Shown here piece after piece: positions 11,700 through 25,015 of a stretch of DNA of 64,000 nucleotides; positions within the stretch are counted from its first letter, which is position 1; each line of letters begins with the position of its first letter. The stretch lies in contig RDEW01000001.1 in NCBI GenBank assembly GCA_011109175.1, positions 1,316,360 to 1,380,359 on the forward strand. Direction: 5' to 3'. The translations under genes and the position numbers were made by a program. This stretch comes from Dicyema japonicum. Lineage: Eukaryota; Animalia; Dicyemida. The notes below the pieces were generated by a model. That model did no database searches, had not been told where the DNA came from, and saw only the letters and a program-made list of their open reading frames with translations.

Positions 11700-14600
11700 T
11701 TTTGTAAGGTGAATATAAATCAGAGCTAATTATATGGCGAGAAGTCAACATAGTGTTCGAATCTCTAAGATGTAGAATAAAGGTCTCATTCAGCTTGGAT
11801 TGGGGTCAATGCAAGAAACACTTCCCTGTGGGATACTAATTTTAGTCTCCTTTAAAATATTTTTGTTGAGATGCTAATAACACTGTTTCTTGTATTGCAC
11901 ATGCTTTGGCATAACCATTATGGCAAGACGATGAGTGCTAATAATAAGCGCATTTATTATTTCCGCCAAACTGTAGGATCCAGTAAACGTACAAAATCAT
12001 GCAATCCATTTCAAGAGGCAGACAAACAGAAACTAATCCAAGGAAGCAAAAGGACTCCTCAAATATTTGTAGACCGCGAACTGCTTCAGTAAATAAGAAA
12101 CTAAAGAGACCCATTGAATAAAAGATCACAAGTATTATGAGGAAATATTAAAATCCTATAATAAAATAAAGAGCATACTTCTATTTTATACCCACATTCA
12201 ACCAATTTCTCCATGACCTGATGTGCCTTACCTCTCACAGACACGTGTCCACTTAGGTAGCATGCAACGATATTTGGAATGAGCATATCAGGCAACTTGG
12301 AATGAATATCCCCATCAAATATGGTGGTTAAACCTTCCAACGTCAATTCAACCACTGAATTTGACTTAGAAGTGAGACTCTAAAGTTGATAAAAATAATT
12401 CTCACAGCACGAACTACACTACCAATTGCTTCAATCTCTTCAGAACTCTCAAGATGTCTTATAAACACATTTATAATTTCAAAGAAAGACTAGGATACAT
12501 TCCTCAGAAAATTCAGCCACCAAACTACCTCATCTATGGAACTGACTGAAGTGACATAATCAACAATTTTCCCGACATGAGACTTGATTCTACAATAATT
12601 TGTCATCAAAACCCAAAAAAGAGCATGAAATGAAACTTTACATGACCAGACCCTAAGATGGTTATAAATCACAACTTAAGAGATATGTCTCAACGGCGGA
12701 ATCAAAGTCATCGTCTGATATGAATGAAAATAATAGTCCCAGGCATTTTGCTGCATGTAGACAATAGACATGGTTTGGATCCGATTCATACACAAGAAGA
12801 TTCTCAGTTATAAAGGACAAAGCATCAAATGAAAATGTTTGCCTTGAATGTTCAAAAACATTGCAGAGTCCCGCTATTATCGAAGCCCTGGAAGTGAGGA
12901 TGATTACTATACCTTATACTCGCATTCGTCTGATCGAGATATGCTCCCAAAAGTCGGTCAGCATAAGCTGAAGGAGTTGAATCGACGCAAACAACGAGAC
13001 CAATACATTCAGCCGCTAAATCCCTTATTTTGATATTCACATCGACGATAGCATTACAAAGGGTCACACGAAAAAGTGAAATAAATGGTTTAAGACTTTC
13101 CCGAGCACGTGATATAAACTCCTTTAGTAACGTTAAAATATTGATTTTGGCTGTTAAGGACTGATTGTGAATCATCGACCGCACCAAAACACCAACAAGA
13201 GTCATGGCCGATGTATTTAAGGCGCCTGGTGGACATTTCATTACAATCGACAGTAAAGCACCAATACAGTCTTCTTTATTTTCTACACCGTGGACTAAAC
13301 ATGCTATTTCGAAAAGAGGGACAAAACAAAGTATCCCCTAAAGATGACTTTATTAAAGAGATACCTTTTCAGGTAACCCAAATCCGGTATATTTTGGGAT
13401 GTGATCGACCCCAGCACTTTGTCGATTATTCCCCTAATCGTCTTAAAGGATTGGTTGAAGAGATCAGGATCCACGTTCTATGGTATAAACGAACAGTAAC
13501 CTTTATGAAGGTATCCATGGAATTCCAGGCTTCTTCATATACCACCATCTCCCCGTCGCATAAAAGCGTGAATATGAGTTGGAAGAACTCCATAGAAAAT
13601 TGTTCTGGATCGAATGCTTAGACAAAACCAATCTTGAAAGAAATCGGGCACCAGCAACGCGTTCGATAACCCCCGAGTTGAGCATTTCAGAAACAATGAA
13701 TCTAACCACGTGGAGACAACTTTGTTTGTCCTCAATAGCACTAATAAAATTGTCATACTTATAAATTTCCTAAAATTATTACTTTTTAAACCGTCAAAAA
13801 CGTGTCACTAGACTTCAAATCTCCCAAAATTGCCCCCATAATTTCCCTACTCTTGGAACTGATATTAATTGGGATATGCTCGGATAGTTCTAAGAGTCCG
13901 TTCAAGTCAACCCCCCTTTGACACAACTAGAATGACAATAATAATAGACCAGAGGAATGACAGATTGAGGGAAAATGTTGTGCTTGATTTGGCAGATAGA
14001 TGCAATAGCAGACATGAGAGGAGAATAGAAGTCACCCTCCTGTATGATAATAAAACAGTCAAACCGCTCGATTAACCAAAAACGGCAATAAAACGTCCAA
14101 GGCGTCATTTCCGACTGAGTTGTAAAGCTGTGTGAAGGCCTCAGTAGTTTTCTGTCGTACATCTACTTCCTCATCAACAAACCCATGCAATATAACATCA
14201 AGACTTCTACGTAAGGCACGAATAGCCTAAAAGACTGAATGACAAACCAAACCTGTTCTTTGCTTAAAGAAGAGAGAGCATATCCAACCGCGTATTGAAG
14301 TGCTGCTCTAAATCTGGTGTCTCCATCGAACATCAGATGGAAGATACTAGAACAAATATCCTCATCCTTCCGAAAAGTGTCCGTAAGGGCAGTCAAACAG
14401 GCCTTAATACCATATACTACATACATTCGTCATATGGAGCATATCATCGGAAGCAATGACTTCAAAAACAAAGCGACATAAATGAATATTAACAAATGTC
14501 GCAATGCTGCTATCAAAGATGAGTCTCCACACCCTCAAGGAAGCTTGAGCGACATGAGGACAAGAATCGAAACGATTAATGAAAATGATGGACATTACCC

Positions 14601-17600
14601 TAGGTAACATCTCATCCCCCAAAACTCTGAGAATCGTCTGTTTATGAATATAAATTTCAACCTTAAAATTAGTGTTGTTAGAGCGGACAACCTCCAAAGT
14701 CTCAATGTTACCAACCACTCCTGTAAAATTTATAGCAAAAAAGACCAATAATTTGACAGAAAAGCTGTCCAATCAAATGAACAGACCAACGTCGAATAAA
14801 TTTATCTCGATGTACCATTGAATCCTCAATATGAGGGACAATTAGATCAAACGACCGATCTCCGAACTTGCGAAGGATGCACATTAAAGTCTGTAGAGCA
14901 GTTTCTCTCAAATTATCATCATTGAATTTCTAAAATTACGCCAAATCAACCTTTACGATAGAATTAACCAATCGTGGAATATGTGGAGTAAATTCGTTAG
15001 GAAAATCAAAGGGAATATACATAGCAAGTCTCAGACAACCATCCAGCGTGTAGTAATCAGCGCTTTCAGAACCCACAGTCTGTACTATTTCTTCAAGTGC
15101 ACAGTTGATTTTATGCGTCCCCAATGCTTTAATGATTTCATAGTATCCTGCACAGTTAAAAATAGTACAACCTCTTGCTCCCCCTTGGCGATCACAAACA
15201 TTATCCTTGCTAGTCATAAGCGAGTAAAGCCAAGATAAAGTTTCGTTAATATTTTCCGTAGTTTTAGCGACGGTAGCAAAGGCCTTCGCAGTCATTCCCC
15301 TGACTTCGGAATCCAGACTTTTAAGACATATTTTCAAGTTTGGGAGCACATCAGTACTATACACCCGAATGTCCTAATATTAAAAAACCATGAGTACTTT
15401 TATATCAGCCAACGAAGAGAGACGTGAAAAAATAAGGGCCGACAGAAAATTACATTTGGAATTTAAATCACGGAATCCGTTTTGTATAACAGGAATTATA
15501 ATTGACAAAGAAGGGGAGTCAATGGCATGAACAAATTTAATCTGAGAGAGAGCAGTCAGCGACTTTAGGGTCAAATCTGGATTCACAAGAGAAGATATAA
15601 GGACATCAACAATTTCTATAGGTTAGTCTTCAAATTACTTGAAATTTCAGGATTTTTAATGACAGAACCAATTTTTTTGAGAGTAGATATAGCAGCTTCC
15701 TTGACTTGTGAGGTAATATCTTTAAGGCTTTTTATAAGTCTGGGCATTGCCTCGGGTAACGCTTGGGACATTATTTGAGTTGATCCATGAGCAATAGTCC
15801 CAATAATTTCAATTGATCCTACTCGCGTCCTCCACGAACGATCTCCCAAAGCCTCCAAAAGTCTGGAAGTATTTGTTTCATTCCATGCGTACTAAGGTTC
15901 GACATAACAATATTTGCACAATCTTCAGCTGCCTAAGACATTTATGTACTCCCCTTACTTCTCGCACGTGATTATTCGGATCACCAATAAGAATAAGTAA
16001 ATTTGGAATAAGGGTCACAGTGTAAGGCTCAAAAATTTTTCCCATAAGTTTGCATAAGGCGGATAGAACAAAAAGCGTCTAAATTAGTGAAGCATACAAC
16101 TTTCTTTGACTATGTAGTCCTTGGAGTTGAAATTATCGCCAAGAAAGGTAAGAATGTTGTATTTTTTGATGGAGGAAATTCCCATTCCTTTGCAAAATCC
16201 GGCCAATCCGTACGCGAAACCCCGTCTTTTCGAATAATTTTTTGACTCCATTAGTCCTGTCCTCATTCTGTCCACAAATTCCTGTTCTCTATTCTTGATA
16301 GATCTCACGAATGTTGGCAAACATCGAGCGATGTTTTCTTGAACCTATTAATGCTAAATTAATAATACCATCTGTGAGGGAGTAGACAGTGCCTCAATCA
16401 GATTCTCCAAAATTTCTAAAACCCTTGAGTCAGTCTCATCAAGATAATGTGCCAACGATCCAATAATTGTAATCATCACGTGTCTTTTTGTATAAGAGTC
16501 TTCACCACATCCAACATCAAATAAAAGTCCGTTCAAAAATGGCAATAATTGTTCCACGTGGTTCTATTTGTTATATACAGTAGTAACCCCTCCATACAAA
16601 TCAACCAAATTTATAGCAACGTCAAAGAACAACTTAACAATGTTGGGATTGGAGTCATCCACAGTCACAGTGAGAATAAAGCTTAAAACGTCAATGAGAA
16701 GATCGGGAGAATGTCCATAAAATTTGTTAAGTTCAAGCAAAGCCAACCCAGAACCGTGACGAGCCCACCATTTGTCGACAATGTTCACTTTAACACAATC
16801 TTTTTTACTTTCTTTGAACTAAAAATTCATTTAAATGGATAACAGGTAGGTTATGCTTATAAATGTCCTCAATTTTATTAATAAGGGGCTCAATTGGCTG
16901 CTCTAACAGTCCGAGTGTGTATCGAAGTCCATGTGAGGCAGCTTTTCTCAATTCGACCTTTTCGGAAACTACCATACCAAACAGTTTATCGAGGACATCA
17001 GAATCAACTTCAAAATCGGCCAATTCAAAAACACTAAGAGTAACATAAAATTCTACGAGGTGGCCATCTTTTTGATATTTTCACTGGCAGGCCAATGCAT
17101 TGAAACAACTAGTGTACTACAAAGACGACAACGGAGCTCAGAATTCGTTTCAGAAACAATGCTGAGTGAAAGGGGTGTCTTGAGTAATGTCTATATTACG
17201 TGTAAGTTAAACCTCAAATCCAATTTTCCGCAAAACATAGTTATCGCACATTAAAAGACGGCAGAGCTTATACATTTCGTCAGGGCAGTCTTCCTTCAAC
17301 TCACAGAAAAAAGCAAAGATATCGAATAGCCAAGTGACCTCATTGGTCATGTCGCAGTATTCATCCAATAAAATTTCAGCAATATCCAAGATTTCTAGGA
17401 TAGGTAGATTATTAACAATTCCCACAACATCCTTTTCTTCTACGATATGACAAAAATTGTCAATTTCCTATGAGAATTAGAATGAATAAAACAGGTTCTT
17501 TCAAACAGTATCGTTTGATTCCGTCAAGATACTCAAAAAGATGGGTAAGTGATTTTGTGAAAAAAGTCGAAATCGACAGAGAAGTCAAGATTGATAGTTC

Positions 17601-20600
17601 CTGAACTGAACAACAGATTTCATAAGGAAAATAAAAAACGAACTCTGGGGGATGATTAATCTGGTATCAAAGTCATAATATTTATTTCGAATAAGCTCCA
17701 CAGCTTTCATAACATGGTCTTCGAGTGATTCCTGAAACGACTTAGCCACGAGGCTACAGTCAACTCTTATTTTACAATCCCCCACAAAGTAACTAAAACT
17801 CAGAAAAATAAAAAACCTTCAGAACCGGTCAAATTTGGAAAAGAATAAGAAACAAAATTATAAATCATTTCAATCCCAATATTATAAATTAGCTTGTCCT
17901 TCAAACAACATTCGGAATGCCGCAGTAAGGCTGATCCGTTACTTGAATTCAGATAAACACCCTTCATTGTTTGAAGCAGTCTATGAATCCAAAAAGATGT
18001 CGAGGACAGCTAAAATAATTAAATCAGACTACATTATGCAAACGCTGAGCAAGAAGTGATTCCTCTTCCATTTTTTCCTGAATTTGCTTGAACTGCTTTT
18101 CATTCATTTTAACGCCACTAAAAGTACATTTAAGGTCATCCTGCAACGTAATAGCATACAATAACCTCCCCCGGTTTCAATTTGCTGTTCTTTATGTTAA
18201 CTTCTTTTATCCTGAATATACAATTATCATTACATTTCCAGCAGTCCAACATCGTGTAATCTCCCAGAATCGGCACACTCCATCACAGCACAGTCGCTGG
18301 TGGAAACACTAGCCTGGATGACTATTTTATTGGCTTCGATTAGTTTCGTTAAAAGTAAGTCCCGTAAACTAATTAGTTTTAAAAATGATTCAACGTGGTC
18401 CAGCATAACAAGCAGGCAAGATTAAGAGCAGCATCAGAATCAGTCGCTCTAATCAGCAACTCAGCATATTTCTCGGTAGATATGACTTCTAGTTTGTAGT
18501 TGGCTACCAAATATGTGTGATCATCTAAAATAGTTCATAGAGCATACAAATGAAGGGATCTGTCAACCTAAGAACATTTTCAAGCAAATATCCCTCCATA
18601 TTACTCTCATCAATGGATTGGGAAATGATTTTGAATACAGTACGAAATCTAGATGGGTTGAACAGACAAAACGAAGAAATCACGGATCCCTACCAACAAT
18701 TCAAATAAATCACGACAGTCAGATTTCTACGTTGTCGAAAAAATAACAAATCTGAGAAAGGAGATCAGGAATGTAAGAATCACAGACTTCCAATTTAAAG
18801 TTTCTCATGTTGAATAAACGGTGGAACATACCCAAAACAATGAAACGAGAAATAACTCTACGTCTGAAATTGCCTCAAAATGAAAACCTGTCGTCAGAAA
18901 TGCACCAATCAGTAATTTTCATGGCTAGAGGGATGGCAATCCCGAGTTCTGGCACATAAAAAATGGCATAACCTTCACATGTGTATGATCCCAAGGTTTT
19001 GTCTGAGAATAAGCAATTAATAATAAGATTCTTAACTTCATCAGAAGACCCAAAATTCCTAAAATACAAAAAATTGAGAGAACGCAAATAAATTAGCCAA
19101 AGGGAGTATTTTGGACTGAGAAGATTTTTCATTAAAACAGCTTTTAATATACTTTTCTAGAAAATCAACGCATTCAGACAAAAAATCCTCGTCTGATCGA
19201 CCAAATTATTAATAATAAAATACCGGTCTCCCTATTAAGAAAAGCTACCAAGGTCATGAGGACAACTGAGAAACCGGTAACGTTTAATAGCTTTTTATAT
19301 GTGGGGGAAATATAAGTTCTATAAATGATTTAAAAGTTCAACAATGACAGAATATAGAGAAGATTTCGAATTTGCGGATATTTTTTGGAGGGGACAAGTC
19401 CAGGAATTAAGAGCTTTGACCGATGCTTGAATGATTTTAGATAAATCTAAGGTAAAAACCATTTCTACTTGTGTTAATAAGAATAGAAAAAAGGGTCGTA
19501 AAAACGGTTTCACAAAGCTCACCCGTTGGATGTCTTGTTTTAGCAAATCCTGCGATCGAGAAAATGCCAGCCTCCTTGATGTTCACGTCAGTTGTTTTAA
19601 GCACTGAAATAAGTAAATGAACGAACATCCGATTAGCAGGGAAAGAATTTCCTTGGTTACTGGTTCGCTGAGGTTTGCCTTATAAAGTGAATTTAATGAC
19701 TGCAAAGCGTCTTTTCTGTGATCGGAGCTTTTCAGAAGTTCTACAAATTATAGAAGAAATCAACCAATGAGTTGATTGAATATACTCAGTAAAAGACCAT
19801 CACCACACCTCAAATGTCGAGCCATTGCATTGAACACTAGAATGATTATCACTAAGCCAAACGTTGGTGCAAGTAACGAAAATTACGCTTAAGCATCGTT
19901 ATTATAGCCGGGACTACTAAGGAAGTCGTCGTGGACTCATCTATGGGGAGCAAAATGTATTTTATTCCGTTCTAAGTAATGAAATAAGGAAACCAGAATA
20001 TTATTCGGATATTGATCATATAAATCAGTCGAATTTAATATTGTCGTGATCAGATCGCAAAATAATGCCCAAAATGTACTTAAATAGTACCTCATTTGGA
20101 GCAAGAAAATTGTTAGCGTTCATGGCTACAAAGGGGCATATTATGTAGAATAGGGATAAGTCTTGTTTGAAGCAAGCATACATTGAATTCAGGACATTTG
20201 TGCACAGCTCATGGGGGTTGTTACTCTAATATTTTGATATAACGATAACCAAATTTAATGCCATACTCCACAAATGTTCAAAATTTCTACAAAATGCAAC
20301 TTCGGATTTTGAAGAAGAGCATAACTTGGCTATATGAGAATGTAAAAGTAACTAAAATATCAATGAGTGGATACCAGTAATTTAGCCTCCTCTGAATTCC
20401 AATCGTAAATACCGCCAATTAGCTGACCAGTCGTATTGAGAACTACTAAGCCTCTTTTTGGTGAGACATTTTGCACCAATTTTTGATAATTTTAATAAAA
20501 TGCTTGTAAAGCTTTGTCATTTGCTTAGGATGAGCTTGAATAATGAAAATAATAGTCTGGTAGTTGACAAGGCTGTGCTTTGACATAAAAACATATGAGA

Positions 20601-20769
20601 AGTGGACTGAGTTTATAAGAATGTCCATCATTTTATGCTTGGAAAACTCTATTAAATTATATGTAGCACAACTCAATATTTTCTCTGTGAAAACTGAAGG
20701 ATGAAGGTATAACAGTTCGTTTATGTTGAAAGCTTCATGATCCATATTTGAAGCCTTACTTTCTGACAT
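11700..20769 (-). CDS. GCN1: GCN1 translational activator (HEAT repeats), many micro-introns; 3' end approximate
   Basis: RRGFAYGLAGFCKGMGI, SWRTRVGSIEIIG...IGSVIKNPEI, KFVHAIDSPSLSIIIP, VAQASLRVW, LKPFISLFRVTL. Two apparent -1 frameshifts near 13385 and 13617. Confidence 0.92.
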
Positions 20770-20844
20770 GCCAAAATCACGATTAATTATTTAAATATTT
20801 TATTAAAAATAAATAAAATTTATTTTCAAATAGTTAACAAGACC

Positions 20845-21340
20845 CATAAAGGTGCGTTCATACAATGCATTTGTTCTGCCTATTTTGCTATACAACTCAG
20901 GAACGTGGATTTGAATCTAACTTGCACTGAAACCCTGAATGCTTTTCACAGAAAACAACTGAAATCCCTATTGGGCATACGCTGTCCGAAGGTGATCAGC
21001 AACCAGAACCTATATACTATATGTAAATCTGAAAGCTTTGGGACCACTATAAGGAACACTCGAATGTTACTATTTGGACATATATTGAGAATGGATCCTG
21101 CTGCTCCAACAAATGACTTTATGGAATCGTATTTCCTAAGCACCAGTCCATTTCGTGTCAGACCACGGACAACCCTTCCACTGACCATAAACAATGACCC
21201 AAAAAATGTCATAATGCGACTTGAAAATACTGATAATTTAGACGACCTCCGAAAAATCGCAATCTCAAGAGGAGCGTGGAGGCGTCTGACTGCAAAGATT
21301 ATCCGGGGTGCGGCACAAGCGATGTCAATGGATTAACTTT
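20845..21340 (+). mobile_element. 5'-truncated RTE-like LINE fragment
   Basis: YNAFVLPILLYNSGTW, AFHRKQLKSLLGIRCPKVISN, LFGHILRM, RVRPRTTLP. Confidence 0.85.
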
Positions 21341-21559
21341 CTTGTTCCAGAGAGGCTATCCACACAAGTGCCGTCCCAAGCGAGGTATCTAACCTTGAAT
21401 TTATTGAAGACGGTTTTACTAAAACCACTGTCGCAACTCCAAATTATGGAATTCTATGACTTATTCAGATTATATCCACGATCTATGCATTCATGAATTT
21501 GATGTTAAATAAAAATGAATTTTTGAATAAAATTAAAAATTATGATCTACCTCTCCACT

Positions 21560-22627
21560 TCCTTACTTTGGGTTTAAAATTGGGGGAGACATATTTGTGA
21601 TCCGGTTTAATACAGCTAATGGTCTTGGTGTAGAGTAATTCATCCAAATCTGTGTTAGTCTTAATCAGAAGTAGTTGCACAAAGGTTCCCTCCAACCCAA
21701 GCATATTCTCTATGCAGGAGGTGCACGATCCTACTCGTCTAAATTACACGAAACCGATCATTGGGGTCACTTTTTCAAATCCCTCCTCAGTTTGAGAAAT
21801 TCTTGGAATAACTACCACAACTGAGATACTTTGAGATTTTGCTTGGGGGAATATTAGGATTGGGGACATTCTTTTCATTGTCCCCTCAAAGCTCTTGACT
21901 TCATTTCGAGAGATCAACTGCTCATGGCTTGGAGACTTTGACCCAATCGATTCCTGAATAGTCACTTCTGATTGAGTCTCAATAAAATCGGAAATGTAAG
22001 ACTCAGTCTGATCAAGGATCTCTTCGACTTCTTCAATCTGTTCGTGTTCGTTCAAATTCAATATAGAGATCCCCGTTTGTCCATTAGAAATCTCCGTTTT
22101 TATTGACTCCATGTCTTCCTCGCTTAATTTGATTGACTCCACTCTCTCCTTCGACTTCAAGGATGTCAATTCGTCAAAGTCCACAAAGCATTCGTCATTT
22201 TCTTCAGAAACTAAATCACATTCAGTTCATAAAATACTCTTTTCAGATACGACTTCCACTTTTTGGAGACTTTCGGCGTCACTGGTCCCCATTCGTTGCT
22301 CAGATGCCTCATTTGTTTTATTTTCCACTACAATATTGATTATTATCTACCATCAAGTAAAAAAGACTCCTCCAGCAAACGACTTCCACGCTTCAAAAAC
22401 CTTTTTGCTAAACCATCAATTCAATAGTAACCCCCCATATGAGGATTTTCGTCCTCCGCTTGCTTAGCCTTTGAGAAATCACCACTCTCAGACGAATCGG
22501 TGATAGAACTAATAATTTGTTATTATGATTACTCGTCTATGTTGAAAATCTTGTCTCTCACAGTATTTTTTGACTGTGGTTGAGATTGGCCAATTAGATT
22601 GTATGCTTTATTTAATGAATCAGACAT
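21560..22627 (-). CDS. Unidentified acidic/Ser-rich protein, multi-exon; 3' end uncertain
   Basis: ATG at 22627 downstream of an AT-rich tract. Exons joinable by 21-27 nt GT-AG introns into the 146-aa ORF at 21744-22184. No recognisable domain. Confidence 0.45.
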
Positions 22628-23384
22628 TCACCAAGGTAATAGCAATTAAGATATTTTTAAGTGAAATTGCAAGCTGAAAAAATAACATTTGTTAAAAATT
22701 TTATTTTAATTTTTTTAGCAACACAAATTTATTTTAAATAATTAACTAAAATAAAAGAGTCGGCTTTATTTAATTGTCTCTTCTTTGAGCTGTCCGATCT
22801 ATGGGAGAGACCGGCATTTTCTGGGTCCTATTTAATAGCCGCTGGTCTCCCCAAGTTAATGAGTCGGGGGTTACCTAACAAACTCTTCTTTTAGCTATTC
22901 CCACACTTGAAGGTGATTATCTGAGTTTTCTCTCCTCAATTCCTTCATTCAGCAAACAGCATCTTCCAATTGCATGTCCTTCCTCCAATATCGACATCAG
23001 TTTTTCGTGTGACCAACCGGTATTTATGTTCTACCAACATAGTCTCAATAGTTCATGTTGGTTTGAATATATGCCTGTGTAGTGGTATCCATTTGAGCGT
23101 GTTTTGATGTGTTTGTGTACTTAAATCGAAACTAAAGTCCAAACTTGTGATTTAAATTTTTTATCGTCAATGTCCGTTCGATAATTTGGGTGCATAACGA
23201 GCTGTTAACTTGGTAAGAGCTGTGGAAGTTGATATAATAATCTTGAATGAAATAAAGCTCAAGAAAAAAGAGATCCTGGACTATTATAGCTCTATCTCTT
23301 AACCTTGAAGGCTGGAGATATCGCTGGAACAGAATAATGAACTTTCTGAACAAAATAACTAAAATCCTCAATCAATTAACATAA

Positions 23385-23700
23385 TTAAGAGCAGTTTAAA
23401 AGCATACTAGGTTTTGGAGACTCTGCTATGGCTTGTAGGCTGTCAAGGTACTCCGCGTCCCTATGGCGGCTTCCGATTTCTTTAAGTTCTTCATCAAGGA
23501 CGGTCGGTAGGGATGTTTTTGGTCGACCACGGAAACATGGAGCGTTCAGAACAAAATAGTCTTCTATGAACACGTTCGAGGGGGTCCCCAGATTCAGACA
23601 AGTATTTGTTCAAACAGCCTCCATCTTACCTTCAGGAACCCCTGATATTGAACATCAAGAGGGAGAAGTCTATTTTTTCCAGACATAGTGTTCAGAGCCA
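23385..23700 (-). mobile_element. RTE-like LINE 3' fragment
   Basis: RWRLFEQIL, FRGRPKTSLPTVL. Confidence 0.75.
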
Positions 23701-23749
23701 CGTCACCAACTCAACCAAAAAACACGTTATTTTATAACATTGATTTTTT

Positions 23750-24900
23750 CAAGAACAATATCTGAAAGAATACTTGCTTTTTACATTCTGATTGTAAATG
23801 GGGGAATCAAGAGTGGCGAGTCCATGGGGATTGTAACTGATAGAAAACCAACGGTATATGGTATATATCAAAAATTGCGGTCCAATGATGTTAGTGGGAA
23901 ATAGGAACCAAACTAAAACCGTCGGAATGATTATTTCAGAATCACTAATACAGAAAAAAGGTCCTTCGAGCCATATTATGATGACTTCAGTTTCTATATT
24001 CAAAATTGAAAATTTGTGTGTCAGTGTGCTCATTTATGTGGATCCTAAATGAAAATGTTAGGGACCAAGAAAGACAGATCCCTTTGTTAGAAGTGGCAAA
24101 TTGACATTCATAAAATGAGAACTGTGTCGCTATTACGAGAATTTCTCAAATCCTCTCCCCCCTTTTATCAAAATTAAAAAAATTTCTTAAGACAAAGAAA
24201 TTGATTAACTTATCCAAACATTGATATCCCCCTTGATCAGTTTCCAGCTTTTGGGGAAAAGGATTCATTTCCGGGAGGAATTGATTCAATTCTTTACTTT
24301 TCAATATGAACATAATTATTTCACGTGTCATCATGGATTCGTCTCTGTTGTTACTGAGTGAATTATACTTCATAGTATTCTGATAAGGTAGATGCATTAC
24401 TGTTGTAGATACTTCTCGAATTGATAGTATCATAAGTTCTTCCCCAAATAGGGCGATGAGTATATTTTCTTTTGTTTCGGGTAGCTTTCATTTTAGGATA
24501 GCGGCAAAAACTATCATTTATCTTCCTCACTCTTGGAAGAGTTTTCACAACCAAAAAACTCGACGTTTTCATACATTTCCTTTGGTTCCGGATAAACTTA
24601 AGACCTGTCTTTGTGACCTCGACCGTTGGAGTACAATCAATAATAACCACCATAACCTTAATGATATTGAATAAGCAAGCCTCTGCTTCTAATTCACGTG
24701 GTATATTTCTCTGCATCTCCTCCATCAAAACACAGAACATCATCACTGCTAAGAAAACTTACATAAATGTCTTGGCAATCATAAGGAGCTCATAACAACC
24801 CCTTGTTTGTAGCCATTTGATAAATCAAAAGTTTGGGGGAACTTTTACAGGGACAGGATATTTTTTTCATTTCTACTAGTTTGGGCTGGACTTGTGTGTG
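23750..24900 (-). CDS. Possible unidentified multi-exon gene downstream of BRCA1
   Basis: Overlapping minus-strand ORFs (23749-24033, 24146-24433, 24363-24746) with candidate micro-introns. I could not build a consistent model. Confidence 0.25.
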
Positions 24901-25015
24901 ACATGAAAATCCCACACCTTCCACAACCATGAAAGTGGATAAAATGCTAACTACTACTCCCTTCTCGGTATATTCAAGGTTAACAAATTAATTTTATAAA
25001 CAAAATACAAAAAAG

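Noticed and set aside
13503-13709. DIRS/gypsy RT-like motif EMLNSGVIERV...FLSRL
   Set aside because: The segment aligns in register with GCN1 HEAT repeats on both sides. It is GCN1 coding sequence.
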